DNA of 64,000 bases from Fidelibacterota bacterium. Lineage in GTDB: Bacteria; Fidelibacterota; UBA8477; JABMPR01. Both the position numbers and the translations under genes were made by a program. The notes under the pieces are model-generated. The model worked only from the letters and a program-made list of their open reading frames with translations. It did no database searches and was not told the DNA's origin. Each line of letters begins with the position of its first letter. Within the stretch, counting starts at the first letter, position 1. The stretch lies in NCBI GenBank assembly GCA_021734255.1, contig JAIPJM010000007.1, positions 12,089 through 76,088 on the forward strand, given 5' to 3'. This document shows, piece after piece, positions 37,659 through 47,298 of the stretch.

Positions 37659-38650
37659 CAGGGAAACCTCCTGAAAATACTGCGCTCAAGTATGTACTCC
37701 AGGACAAGCAGGGTGAGCGCTATTAAGAGGGGGATATAAAATAATTCCGCATGCTGGACATACTCACGCACACTGTATTGTGTTGTTTCCATCTCGGAGA
37801 TCTCTTGATAAACCTCAGCCAGACTTGTCTCATCAGTTGCCCTGAAGTAGGTCCCACCAGTGATGTTAGCGATCTTACCCAGGGTTTCCTCATCCACATC
37901 CACCTTTACCTGAACATTTCGCACACCAATGGCTGTTTGAACCGGTAAAGAAGCGGTTCCATGGGTACCGGCACCAATGGTGTAGATCCTGATACCAAAA
38001 TCTTTCGCAAGTTCAGAGGTCGTGATGGGATCCAACTCACCTGCGTTATTGCTGCCATCCGATAGGAGGACGATAACCTTACTCTTTGCATCCGAGTCCC
38101 TGAGTCGGTTGATCCCACCTGCCAGAGCCATCCCAACCGCTGTACCATCATAGCGTTCATCTACTATAGTAATACTTCCTATGTATTCTTTAACTCGCTG
38201 ATGATCAGTGGTTAATGGGCATTGTAAAAAGCTTTCCCTGGCAAAGACATTGAGGCCGATCCGGTCATTTTTCCGTTGATCCACAAAGGATTGGGCCACC
38301 TTTTTTACAGCTTCCAGACGGTTGGGTTTGAAGTCTGTTGCTCGCATAGATCCCGATATATCAATCACCAGCATGATATCAATACCTTCAGCATTCATTT
38401 CCTGGAGGGCACTTCTCTCCTGGGGTCTTGCCAGTGCTACTATCAGAGCAATGATAGCCAGAATGCGCATGGCAAAAAGTATGTGCTTACGCCACAGTCC
38501 GGATCCGAGGGTGACACCCTCCAGTAGGTGGAATGATGAGAATCTCAGCGTACCAAAGCGCTTGCGGCTCCAGAAGGCATAATACGCAACAATGATCGGT
38601 ACCAGCAGTAGGAGCCAAAGAATTCCAGAATGCAGAAATCCGATTGTCAC
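37658..38650 (-). CDS. batA: VWA-domain protein BatA
   Basis: 330 aa with a GTG start, N-terminal TM helices, a VWA MIDAS motif (DISGSM) and a C-terminal TM helix. Confidence 0.85.
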   Translation of the reverse strand: MTIGFLHSGILWLLLLVPIIVAYYAFWSRKRFGTLRFSSFHLLEGVTLGSGLWRKHILFAMRILAIIALIVALARPQERSALQEMNAEGIDIMLVIDISGSMRATDFKPNRLEAVKKVAQSFVDQRKNDRIGLNVFARESFLQCPLTTDHQRVKEYIGSITIVDERYDGTAVGMALAGGINRLRDSDAKSKVIVLLSDGSNNAGELDPITTSELAKDFGIRIYTIGAGTHGTASLPVQTAIGVRNVQVKVDVDEETLGKIANITGGTYFRATDETSLAEVYQEISEMETTQYSVREYVQHAELFYIPLLIALTLLVLEYILERSIFRRFP

Positions 38651-38751
38651 TTTATACCTTTCCCCAGTTTCTTTTGCCGGTTAACACTCTTTTTATGGAT
38701 GATTATAATCTTATTATGTTCTAATGTTTCTCGAAAAAACCCTCAGCAGAA

Positions 38752-38787
38752 TGGTAACAAACATGGTCTGACGAACATCAGACCATG
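38752..38787 (-). terminator. intrinsic terminator downstream of tatA
   Basis: A perfect 10-bp stem CATGGTCTGA-N6-TCAGACCATG (38762-38787) is followed on the minus strand by TTTGTT. Confidence 0.55.
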
Positions 38788-38866
38788 TCAATAATTATTC
38801 CCCGGATTTTGCTGATAAAACTGAGATAATTCAACATCACTCTCAATGTCGAATTGCATGCTGGAA

Positions 38867-39097
38867 CTAGTCCTGTTTTGGTTTCGCTTCCTCTTTGGAC
38901 TCCTCAGGCTTAGGCTTAGGCTCAGCTGGTGCTTCACCAGCCTTTTCGATCTCATCAGTGATACCACTTAATGCACCCTTGAATTCACGAATGCCCTTGC
39001 CCAATCCTTTAGCCATTTCCGGCAAGCGTTTCGCCCCAAAAAAGATCAGAATAAACAGAATGATGATCAACCACTCCCAACCACCTGGTAAACTCAT
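38867..39097 (-). CDS. tatA: twin-arginine translocase subunit TatA/E
   Basis: 76 aa; WEWLIIILFILIFFGAKRLPEMAKGLGKGIREFK. Confidence 0.93.
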   Translation of the reverse strand: MSLPGGWEWLIIILFILIFFGAKRLPEMAKGLGKGIREFKGALSGITDEIEKAGEAPAEPKPKPEESKEEAKPKQD

Positions 39098-39124
39098 ATA
39101 TGTCTCCTTGCGATCATTTAATAA

Positions 39125-39409
39125 TTAAACCCTGTAATAGCGTAGAAGGTAATAGGCAACACCCATGCCGACCACACCCATAAAATTGACACGAATGGTG
39201 AATCCAAAGGTTATCGAGAATAAGTGTAGATCAAGGACAAAGGGTTTTGCCAGGCCATAGTTTGAAGAGTCAAAGGCCAGGACAAAAAAGTCTCTGACCA
39301 CACTCTCTGGCAGAATCGCAGCCGCCAGATCGCCCAGTAGTGAGCCTATGATCGCCCCTGTGAATATCATAAGGGCAATGATCTTTACATTTCTTCTTCT
39401 CGGATCCAT
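39125..39409 (-). CDS. small membrane protein (DUF4321-like)
   Basis: 94 aa with two hydrophobic segments. The family assignment is from memory of the GxxxGxxLG-type N-terminus only. Confidence 0.55.
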   Translation of the reverse strand: MDPRRRNVKIIALMIFTGAIIGSLLGDLAAAILPESVVRDFFVLAFDSSNYGLAKPFVLDLHLFSITFGFTIRVNFMGVVGMGVAYYLLRYYRV

Positions 39410-40200
39410 CAGTCTATCTCTATGTTAAAATCTATCTCTCGCTGCGCTTTGGTCCATCTGAATAATCCAGTACCGATAAGGATCATGGCCAGAGGAAACA
39501 GCAAAAATCCTTTACTCGCAAACACCATAATGATCATAATTATTCCCCAAACGAACGTCCATATCTCCTTTTTGCTGCCGCGTAAACTCAGTTTAGGTGA
39601 CTTGGGAAAAGGCATCTTGGAAAGCATGAGGCTGGACAGGATCATAATGAATGGCAGCACTACTTTGGCACTACCACCAGCATCCTTTGGTTCCCACCCC
39701 AGAAAGGGATAATCACCGACCTGATGAAGGAATAACCAGAGTCCGACTACTGTCAATGCCATCATCGGCGTGGGCATCCCGTAGAATTGTACTTTCTGGT
39801 CCCCTTCTGATTCTAAATTGAATTTTGCCAACCGTATTCCACCCAGCATAAGCGGCATAAAGGCGTAAAACCCACCCAGGAGCTGCCCTAATGGTTCAGC
39901 CCATACCATGTATACAAATACAGAAGGTGCCAGGCAGAAGGTGATAATATCAGCCAGGGAATCGAACTGGATGCCAAAGTCAGATGTGCTGTCCAGGGCT
40001 CTGGCGATCTTCCCGTCAAAACCATCAAAAATAGCCCCGAAGATGATAAACCAGGCTGCCCAGAAGAAATTGCCCTCCATTGAGGACAATACGGACATAA
40101 ATCCCAGGAAAATATTCAGGATAGTGAGGGAGTTCGGGATAAAGCGGCGCTTTGGGTTCTCCCTGAGTGGTACGCGTTTTCTTGGTGTTTTGCCTGTCAT
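39409..40200 (-). CDS. pssA: CDP-diacylglycerol--serine O-phosphatidyltransferase
   Basis: 263 aa with the CDP-alcohol phosphatidyltransferase motif DGFDGKIARALDSTSDFGIQFDSLADII. It is paired with psd. Confidence 0.88.
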   Translation of the reverse strand: MTGKTPRKRVPLRENPKRRFIPNSLTILNIFLGFMSVLSSMEGNFFWAAWFIIFGAIFDGFDGKIARALDSTSDFGIQFDSLADIITFCLAPSVFVYMVWAEPLGQLLGGFYAFMPLMLGGIRLAKFNLESEGDQKVQFYGMPTPMMALTVVGLWLFLHQVGDYPFLGWEPKDAGGSAKVVLPFIMILSSLMLSKMPFPKSPKLSLRGSKKEIWTFVWGIIMIIMVFASKGFLLFPLAMILIGTGLFRWTKAQREIDFNIEID

Positions 40201-40202
40201 GC

Positions 40203-40841
40203 TTATCTCAATTCTGCAATAACGGTTAAACCGCCCCGTACTGCTTCTTTTGCCTCTACACGAATGTTTGCTGTTCTGGGAACGACAATATCCATCCGGC
40301 TTCCAAATTTGATCAATCCATAGCGCTCGCCCTGGGCTATTTCATCACCTTCACGGAGATAGTTGATAATGCGGCGAGCGACAACGCCAGCGATCTGGGC
40401 AAATTTAACCCTCAGATCTCCGTTTTCCATACCGACGATGCTTTGTTCGTTCACTTCGGACGCATCCTCTGCAAAGGCTGCCTTGAATGCTCCATACTTA
40501 TAATTGACAAATGAGACCCGCCCTGTAATAGGCACCCGGTTGATATGTACATTCAGGGGCGAAAGAAACATGGTCACTTTGGTTGCAGGCCCGACAAATT
40601 CATCGTCAACGTCCTTGATCTCAACGACCACCCCATCCCCTGGGCTCAATATATGTTTGGCGTTCTGCTGTACGTCTCTTTCAGGGTCCCTGAAAAAATA
40701 GAGCGTAAATAGCAGGAATGCGCCGCTCAACATGGAGGGGATCTTCCAGTAGATGTTCCCACCCGTTAAAAACGATATGCTCGCCAGGATCAATGTTAAT
40801 CCCAGTGCAATTGCTATGTTGATATATCCTTCTCTTGCCAT
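40203..40841 (-). CDS. psd: phosphatidylserine decarboxylase proenzyme (short type)
   Basis: 212 aa with an N-terminal TM region and the FGSR self-cleavage motif (LIKFGSRMDIVVP). Confidence 0.88.
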   Translation of the reverse strand: MAREGYINIAIALGLTLILASISFLTGGNIYWKIPSMLSGAFLLFTLYFFRDPERDVQQNAKHILSPGDGVVVEIKDVDDEFVGPATKVTMFLSPLNVHINRVPITGRVSFVNYKYGAFKAAFAEDASEVNEQSIVGMENGDLRVKFAQIAGVVARRIINYLREGDEIAQGERYGLIKFGSRMDIVVPRTANIRVEAKEAVRGGLTVIAELR

Positions 40842-40930
40842 GTTTTAATTTTTCTTCCTTCGTCTGAAGCCGCGCAAAGATAAGAGGGTGTCATGCATAA
40901 AGAAATACGCATTTACACCAGCATTTCAGC

Positions 40931-42157
40931 TTAATTGACGGTCTGTGACTCGGTTTCTCCTAACTCGATGAGAATATCTTTCCTGGCGCCCTGTCGGAGA
41001 ATGTTCAGGCTTAATTTGTCACCGCGTTTCAGATTCTTCCCGATAATATAGGCAAACAGGTCGTCCACATTGTCAATGCCTTCTCCATCCAGACCAATAA
41101 TGAGGTCGCCGACCAGCACACCTCCGCGTTCAGCTGGAGACCCTACCTTCACACGAGAGATCAGAACTCCGGACGTACTACTCAGATTGAACAATTGGGC
41201 CATGCTGGTATTATTATTCATATAGCTCATGCCAGTTGTGAAATTCCGATCGACAAATCCTGTATTCCTCAGTTCTTCAATGATATCCATGGCCCGATTA
41301 ATGGGGAGTGCAAAACCGATCCCGATAGATCCTGCATTGTTGGAGCCAGTGAATATAAAGGTGTTGATCCCGATGATCTCTCCCTGAGAATTCACCAGTG
41401 GTCCCCCACTATTACCTGAGTTGATCGATGCATCCGTCTGGATCATATCCTGGTATACCCTGCCATGCTGTTGAAAACCAAAGTCCATATGCAGACTGCT
41501 AATGATGCCGGCTGTGGCGATCGGCATGCGACTTTCGCTGAACAAACCGAAGGGGTTCCCCAGGGCAATGACCCACTCACCCATGATGATATTGTCAGAA
41601 TTTCCAAGGTGGACTGTGGGGTAGTCACCCTGGTCCTGGATCTTGATCAGAGCCAGGTCTGTTTTTTCATCAATACCAATCAGATCAGCAGTATGCTGGC
41701 TGCCATCCGCCAGGGTGACCGTGATCTGTTCCGGGTTTTCCACCACATGGGCATTGGTAATGATATATCCCTCACGATCGTATATAAAACCTGAACCTAT
41801 GGATGTTCCTTTTTCCTGGAACCATCTGGGCGTTCCAGGCATCATCAAACGCCAGAATGGATCCGACATCAGCGTCGATTGGGTGTAGCGTATCTGGGTT
41901 GCCGAGATGCCAACAACAGCAGGTGCTACGTCTGAAATTCCTTTTGTGATGGCCGTTTCCCTTGACCATTCCAGTTCCTGGGGTATGACGCTATGTAAAG
42001 GTTCCAGCGGGATATCCCGGGCTTGAGAATTAAATTCCTGATCAGGTTCATCTCCTAAAAAATCTGATAAACGCCAGCTTCTCAACTCATGCAAGGTGAG
42101 TGTCAGCATACCCAGAAATAAGGCAGCAGCGAATAATAGGATGCTCAATCGTTTCAT
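40931..42157 (-). CDS. HtrA/DegP-family serine protease with one PDZ domain
   Basis: 408 aa with a trypsin-like triad context (TNAHVV, D-L-A-L-I-K, GNSGGPL) and a C-terminal PDZ (GVLISRVKVGSPAERGGVLVGDLIIGLDG). Confidence 0.9.
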   Translation of the reverse strand: MKRLSILLFAAALFLGMLTLTLHELRSWRLSDFLGDEPDQEFNSQARDIPLEPLHSVIPQELEWSRETAITKGISDVAPAVVGISATQIRYTQSTLMSDPFWRLMMPGTPRWFQEKGTSIGSGFIYDREGYIITNAHVVENPEQITVTLADGSQHTADLIGIDEKTDLALIKIQDQGDYPTVHLGNSDNIIMGEWVIALGNPFGLFSESRMPIATAGIISSLHMDFGFQQHGRVYQDMIQTDASINSGNSGGPLVNSQGEIIGINTFIFTGSNNAGSIGIGFALPINRAMDIIEELRNTGFVDRNFTTGMSYMNNNTSMAQLFNLSSTSGVLISRVKVGSPAERGGVLVGDLIIGLDGEGIDNVDDLFAYIIGKNLKRGDKLSLNILRQGARKDILIELGETESQTVN

Positions 42158-42178
42158 ATACGCCTATAAGCGTTAATT

Positions 42179-42976
42179 TTAATAATGTTTACTGCCATTC
42201 GCAAATTTCTCATGCCCCTCGACCCAATTCGGTTGAATCGAATCCGGATAGGTCACTTTTAATAAAGTGAGACCGGATGCAGGTGCTGTGACCGCGTGGT
42301 TTTGTCTATCTGGGTTCTCCAGCAATGCCTTAAAATGATCAAGCGTCCATTTACCGCGGGCAACCTCCACCATACTCCCTGCCAACATGCGGACCATATG
42401 ATGCAGGAACCGATCAGCGGTGATATAAAAGGCAAGACCACCTTCATCCAGCTGTATCCAGTCGGCTCGTTGAATGTTACACATCATGTTCTCCGTTTCC
42501 GTACCAGCGTAGCAAAAACTTGAGAAATCGTGGGAGCCATGGATCAATCCAGTCAATTCCATGAGGGCCTCCTGATCAATAATGTACCGGACAAACCAGC
42601 GGGTATCCCGCTGCAAAATATTGAACCTGGTATTGATCTCATAGCGATAGGATCTCTCCCGAGCTTGAAATCGACTATGAAAATCATCGGCGACCGGCTG
42701 CGATGATACGATGCGGATGGATTGAGGAAGATGCTTGTTCAGGGTCATCCAGATATTCTGAACGGGGATCGGGCTTTCTGCCACATCAAAGTGGGCAACC
42801 TGACCGAAGGCATGGACGCCTGAGTCCGTCCTCCCTGACCCCATGATACCAATGCGTTCCCCATATATTTTTTCCAGTGCATCTTCAATTTCACCCTGAA
42901 TGGTTGGTTTATCAGGTTGGACCTGCCAACCATTAAAGCTGGTACCCTCGTATTGAACCAGGACTGCTACACGCAT
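42179..42976 (-). CDS. truA: tRNA pseudouridine(38-40) synthase TruA
   Basis: 265 aa; MRVAVLVQYEGTSFNGWQVQ..GSGRTDSGVHAFGQVAHF. Confidence 0.94.
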   Translation of the reverse strand: MRVAVLVQYEGTSFNGWQVQPDKPTIQGEIEDALEKIYGERIGIMGSGRTDSGVHAFGQVAHFDVAESPIPVQNIWMTLNKHLPQSIRIVSSQPVADDFHSRFQARERSYRYEINTRFNILQRDTRWFVRYIIDQEALMELTGLIHGSHDFSSFCYAGTETENMMCNIQRADWIQLDEGGLAFYITADRFLHHMVRMLAGSMVEVARGKWTLDHFKALLENPDRQNHAVTAPASGLTLLKVTYPDSIQPNWVEGHEKFANGSKHY

Positions 42977-42979
42977 GGA

Positions 42980-43804
42980 TCAGTCACTCCTGACCAGGGT
43001 TAATGCTGAAATAGCCATCCAGGCCGTCATGCCACACCAGAGTACAAATAAGAGATCCGAAAGCACCCACATCAGGATCGCCAGGGCCAGCCAGGGAAGT
43101 ATTGAAACGCGCATTTTATCAGAACCTCGGGTGGATCGCATACCAGGCATCCCACGTACGGCAAGCATATTTCCCGTGTTCACTGCTCGATGGATAGTAT
43201 GCGAGACCATCGCTTTCAAAATACCACTGGTATAGCTAATTCTCTCACGCAAGGTTCGTTGAATGCGTTTTCCTGAAAAATAGGTCTGAAAAAAGGCCAG
43301 ACGATCCCACTCACGTCTCAGTGAAGGTAAAAACCGCAGGGCAAGAATAAGGATGCCCTGACCTTTGGAAATATTCAGCCCCAGATATTTTAACGGCAAG
43401 AGTAGATTTGACAAACTGGCGGCAATCCAGGGATCGCTAAGCTGCTTGCGAAAAATCGAAACGATCATGATCGGCCAGGCCAGCCGTTCAACTGCGAAGA
43501 GCAGATAGGACCAATCTGACCACCGGAAGCCCTGGGAAAGGGATGTCAGGAATAAATTACGCATGTAGGCGGAAAACACGATCTGCAGGACGGCCAAAAA
43601 CAGAATCAGACTGAGCACAAAGAGCAGGGTTTTGAAGGGAGTTTTGGACCCGATCCACAGTAAAACCAGGGTCAGGGACGAGGCAAAGATATGCCATCCC
43701 ATATCGTTTACGATCCACAGGGAGCTATACACGAGGATAACAGAAAAGAATCCAACCCACTGGATCAAGAATGATGAAGACGCCCTATTAATGCTATTCT
43801 GCAA
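42980..43804 (-). CDS. ecfT: energy-coupling factor (ECF) transporter transmembrane component EcfT/CbiQ family
   Basis: 274 aa and polytopic. It has coupling-helix-like motifs (ALRFLPSLRREWDRL, AVNTGNMLAVRGM). It is adjacent to truA, as in many ecfA-ecfA-ecfT-truA loci. Confidence 0.7.
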   Translation of the reverse strand: MQNSINRASSSFLIQWVGFFSVILVYSSLWIVNDMGWHIFASSLTLVLLWIGSKTPFKTLLFVLSLILFLAVLQIVFSAYMRNLFLTSLSQGFRWSDWSYLLFAVERLAWPIMIVSIFRKQLSDPWIAASLSNLLLPLKYLGLNISKGQGILILALRFLPSLRREWDRLAFFQTYFSGKRIQRTLRERISYTSGILKAMVSHTIHRAVNTGNMLAVRGMPGMRSTRGSDKMRVSILPWLALAILMWVLSDLLFVLWCGMTAWMAISALTLVRSD

Positions 43805-43825
43805 TGCCTACCCGCTTGTGCTCTA

Positions 43826-44446
43826 TTAAAAGGTCAGCGATACACGCATACCCGAAGCACCGTCACGGATCTCGGGATAAAAAGCGACGCCAATGGATTG
43901 TCGTTGCAGATAAAGTGCATCCATGGTACTGACCAGGTGGTTGAGTGTGATCGCACCAAAAGTATAGGTCACACGCTGTCTCCAGAGATACCGATCAGTC
44001 TTGATATCAAAGTAGGCTTCACGCTTCTCATCGGATTCCCAATCCCAGTAATTGCCATCTTCTTTTCGATAGAGACGGTCCCACTGCCGGTTGCGCAGCA
44101 TCTGTTCATTGTACTCATCCATATTGTCATACTTTGAGACACGATCCAGGAATATGTCACCCTTGCTTTGCGGGTTAGATATCTGGCCGAATTCTGTGGC
44201 AAACTGAAAGAGATCATCTTCATAAGCGTTTGCATTTGTGGTCGTCAAACCCACCAGGATCCAGAGACCGGCTTCAATGCCATTGAACACGAAGCCTCTT
44301 TCCTTTGAACCAAGGGTGTGTTCGCCCCAACCGGGGATCAATGCACTCTTCAGTACGGCGTACCTGGGCGTTACTCCTGCATCAAGCTGCGCAAAAACGA
44401 CTGTGAACAGGGTCCCCATAACTATCAATGATTTCAAAATTTTCAA
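43826..44446 (-). CDS. hypothetical exported protein (possible outer-membrane association)
   Basis: 206 aa with a signal peptide, an SALIPGWGEH motif followed by one hydrophobic helix, a W/Y/R/D-rich middle and a C-terminal ...RVSLTF (aromatic terminus). No family is recognised with confidence. Confidence 0.55.
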   Translation of the reverse strand: MKILKSLIVMGTLFTVVFAQLDAGVTPRYAVLKSALIPGWGEHTLGSKERGFVFNGIEAGLWILVGLTTTNANAYEDDLFQFATEFGQISNPQSKGDIFLDRVSKYDNMDEYNEQMLRNRQWDRLYRKEDGNYWDWESDEKREAYFDIKTDRYLWRQRVTYTFGAITLNHLVSTMDALYLQRQSIGVAFYPEIRDGASGMRVSLTF

Positions 44447-44449
44447 TGC

Positions 44450-44992
44450 TCAAGTCCTTATGAAATATAGAGCTGCGGCCAGCGCTAAAGTCGTCACAGA
44501 AAGCAGTATTATTTTCAGGCTCGAGGGTTGTACCTCCAGGTAGTTGCCCTGAATAGTCCCGGGAAACTGATCCTCCAGCAACAGGCCAAGTTCAGCACTT
44601 GATATCCTGTCAGTCAGACTCTGCGTCCATATATTTAATTCATCGCCGATCATATAATTTACAGATAGTTTTAACTGCCTGATATACGCTGAGTTCCTGT
44701 TAATCTGCTGGGGATTCTTGTTAATTGAAAGGGCCAGGTCAATTAATTCCACTTGTACCGAATCAAACGCTCCCCCTTCCATATTTCCCTGAAGCCTGAG
44801 CATTTGCTGCTGCACGAAGGCACTCGATGCTCCTGCTGCTGGCATGGTCATGAAGAGGCTGTCTGGGTGAGCATTATGCGAATCAGCCACTGCTTCCTTC
44901 AGGTCCTGGAGTAGATCTCGCGTCAGATCTGCATGACTCAACTGCCCATAACAGGACACAGCGGTCAGTATGAGGATCCAGAGCGTTCTCAT
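44450..44992 (-). CDS. hypothetical protein with a signal peptide and a C-terminal TM anchor
   Basis: 180 aa. It overlaps the lnt stop by 4 nt. It has an N-terminal signal (ILILTAVSCYG) and a C-terminal helix (IILLSVTTLALAAALYFI). Confidence 0.5.
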   Translation of the reverse strand: MRTLWILILTAVSCYGQLSHADLTRDLLQDLKEAVADSHNAHPDSLFMTMPAAGASSAFVQQQMLRLQGNMEGGAFDSVQVELIDLALSINKNPQQINRNSAYIRQLKLSVNYMIGDELNIWTQSLTDRISSAELGLLLEDQFPGTIQGNYLEVQPSSLKIILLSVTTLALAAALYFIRT

Positions 44993-46518
44993 GTCTTTTT
45001 TTGTCGGCTGAACATGACAAGGAACAGGCTCAGTGCTGCCAGTAGTACCACAGTCAGGGCAAATACATTGCCGTATTTACTATAGAGGGTTCTTTCCAAG
45101 CCAAGCGGTGCATCATAGACGATCTCGCCCTTCTCTCCCATTGGAATGGTAGCGGCTAAACGACCGTTTGGCAGGATCATAGCACTGATACCCGTTTGGG
45201 CAGCCCTGGCAACGCTGATGTGATGCTCAATTGCTCTCAAGCGTCCAGCAGCAAGGTGCTGGTATGGACCAGGTGATTGACCTAACCAGGCATCATTGGT
45301 AATAATGGACATCATTCCGGCATCATTTTGAATAAACTGTCTGAACAGATAGGGATTGGCAGATTCGTAACAGATCATGGTTCCGATATCTACCACTTCC
45401 TCCCTGCTCCCCATGGGGAATACGGTAGCTTCGTCACCTTTCTCAAAATTTGCCTGGCCAAAATTCAAACTTTTCAGTTTTGGAAAATTCTCAACCAGGG
45501 GGATCCGTTCGGCAAATGGCACCAGTCCGCGCTTACTGTAGATCTCAACCGGCATGCCTGGAGAATAGAAGAAGGCGGAATTAAAGAAGCGATAGTCGCC
45601 ACCCTCCTCCACATGGTGTAGTGCACCTGTCAGAATGGAAACGCCATGATCTTCAACCAGTTTTCTGATCTTTCGATCAAAGTGAGGATAGTACTTCAAG
45701 TGCGCAGGCACAGCACTTTCGGGCCAGAAAATAATGACAGCACTATCTGCGATGACCTTTTCTGATTGGGCGATCACATCTTTCACGTGCTGACTTTTCT
45801 TGGAACGGATCCATTTTTGGTGAGGGTCCAGATTGGTCTGAATAATGCCAACCCGGATCGTTGATGTGGATTCCTCACTCACCACCTTCATGCGTACGGC
45901 ACCGAAAATGAAAGTACCAGCGATGATCAACGCCAACCCACCCCAGAGCAACTGTTGGATCTTGACGGGGATCTTTCCAAATTCAAGCTGAAACAGAATG
46001 GTATTGATGAGTAAGACCCAGAAACTGACCACGTATATCCCGCCATACTCGGCCAGTTGGAGGAGTGGTACCGCAAAGTTCTGAGTCAAAGCCATTGAGA
46101 GCCAGGGGAAGGCCAGGGTATAGTCCTGAAAACTGTACAGGAATTCGACACTGACCCAGAAAATAGGTGCCAGCCAGAGACCATGCGAGCCGAGGTTTCT
46201 ACCGGTTCGGGCAAATATAGCTCCAAAAAGACCGTACCAGAGCGAGAGATAAGCGACACTTGCTATCATGGACAAGGAGGCTATCCAGAACGAGGTGCCA
46301 GAATTGTTGGCGATCCAGTTCAGGCTGGTCAAAGTGAAGATAAAACCCGTAATAAATCCGAGCTTGAATCCTTTTTCCCAATTGGCTTGTCTGATACCTG
46401 CCCAAAGCGGTATCCAGGCCACCCAGGCCATGAAGAACATATCAAATGGTGGAAAACTAAGCGTCAGGAGTAATCCTGAGAATATTGCCAGTGTTTCCTC
46501 TGTGAATCGTTTCGTCAT
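44989..46518 (-). CDS. lnt: apolipoprotein N-acyltransferase
   Basis: 509 aa with about 7 N-terminal TM helices and a CN-hydrolase domain (WPESAVP, ICYES). Confidence 0.92.
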   Translation of the reverse strand: MTKRFTEETLAIFSGLLLTLSFPPFDMFFMAWVAWIPLWAGIRQANWEKGFKLGFITGFIFTLTSLNWIANNSGTSFWIASLSMIASVAYLSLWYGLFGAIFARTGRNLGSHGLWLAPIFWVSVEFLYSFQDYTLAFPWLSMALTQNFAVPLLQLAEYGGIYVVSFWVLLINTILFQLEFGKIPVKIQQLLWGGLALIIAGTFIFGAVRMKVVSEESTSTIRVGIIQTNLDPHQKWIRSKKSQHVKDVIAQSEKVIADSAVIIFWPESAVPAHLKYYPHFDRKIRKLVEDHGVSILTGALHHVEEGGDYRFFNSAFFYSPGMPVEIYSKRGLVPFAERIPLVENFPKLKSLNFGQANFEKGDEATVFPMGSREEVVDIGTMICYESANPYLFRQFIQNDAGMMSIITNDAWLGQSPGPYQHLAAGRLRAIEHHISVARAAQTGISAMILPNGRLAATIPMGEKGEIVYDAPLGLERTLYSKYGNVFALTVVLLAALSLFLVMFSRQKKT

Positions 46519-46535
46519 AGCAGTAAATCTACACC

Positions 46536-46955
46536 TTAATGTTGGATTTCATTTAGATGCTGCTTAAGAATGAGCGATGCAGCAATACGATCAACAGCAC
46601 CCTTATCCTGTCCCACCTTTTTCCCCATCTGATGGAGATATTCCTCAGCTTCAACTGAGCTATAACTCTCGTCGACGATGTGAACAGGTTGTGTGACCCG
46701 CTTCCTGAGTTCCTCGATGAAATTTTGCACCCGTTTCGCCTGTTCACTCAGGGCTTCGCCTGGACGCAGGGGCATTCCAACAACGATCTCGGAGACCTGC
46801 TCCTTTTGAATAACATGGATGATCTGCTCGATAGCATCATTGTTATCCTCCACCAGGAGGGTCTCATAGGGACTGGCTATGATCCGCATGGGATCAGTAA
46901 GTGCCAGACCCACTCGCCTACCACCAGGATCGATGGCTAGAATGCGTCCCAACAT
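46536..46955 (-). CDS. ruvX: YqgF/RuvX putative pre-16S rRNA nuclease
   Basis: 139 aa; ILAIDPGGRRVGLALTD. Confidence 0.9.
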   Translation of the reverse strand: MLGRILAIDPGGRRVGLALTDPMRIIASPYETLLVEDNNDAIEQIIHVIQKEQVSEIVVGMPLRPGEALSEQAKRVQNFIEELRKRVTQPVHIVDESYSSVEAEEYLHQMGKKVGQDKGAVDRIAASLILKQHLNEIQH

Positions 46956-46965
46956 GTACCGGCCA

Positions 46966-47274
46966 TCACTTTAAAGGTTGCTTTAGAACCTCTTTCAGCA
47001 GTTTACCAGGCTTAAAATGGGTCTTTCGTCTTGCTGGAACGTAGATCTCCTCATTCGTGCGAGGATTACGTGCCCGTGGTTTGGCCTTCGTCGGCTTTAC
47101 CTCAAAAACACCAAAGTTACGGATCTCAATCCGGATTGAGTCCTCGTCACCACTCATCATCTCACGGAGTACAGTGAATATCCCATCAACAGTCTCTTCG
47201 GTCTGGAAGATCTTCTGCCCCAGTTTCTCTGCAGTCCATTTGGCGACATCTTTCTTTGTGTAGGTAATTGACAT
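46966..47274 (-). CDS. HU/IHF-family DNA-binding protein
   Basis: 102 aa with a beta-arm sequence (GVFEVKPTKAKPRARNPRTNEEIYVPARRKTHFKPGK). Confidence 0.88.
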   Translation of the reverse strand: MSITYTKKDVAKWTAEKLGQKIFQTEETVDGIFTVLREMMSGDEDSIRIEIRNFGVFEVKPTKAKPRARNPRTNEEIYVPARRKTHFKPGKLLKEVLKQPLK

Positions 47275-47298
47275 TATTATATCCTTTCTGTCTTTGAC

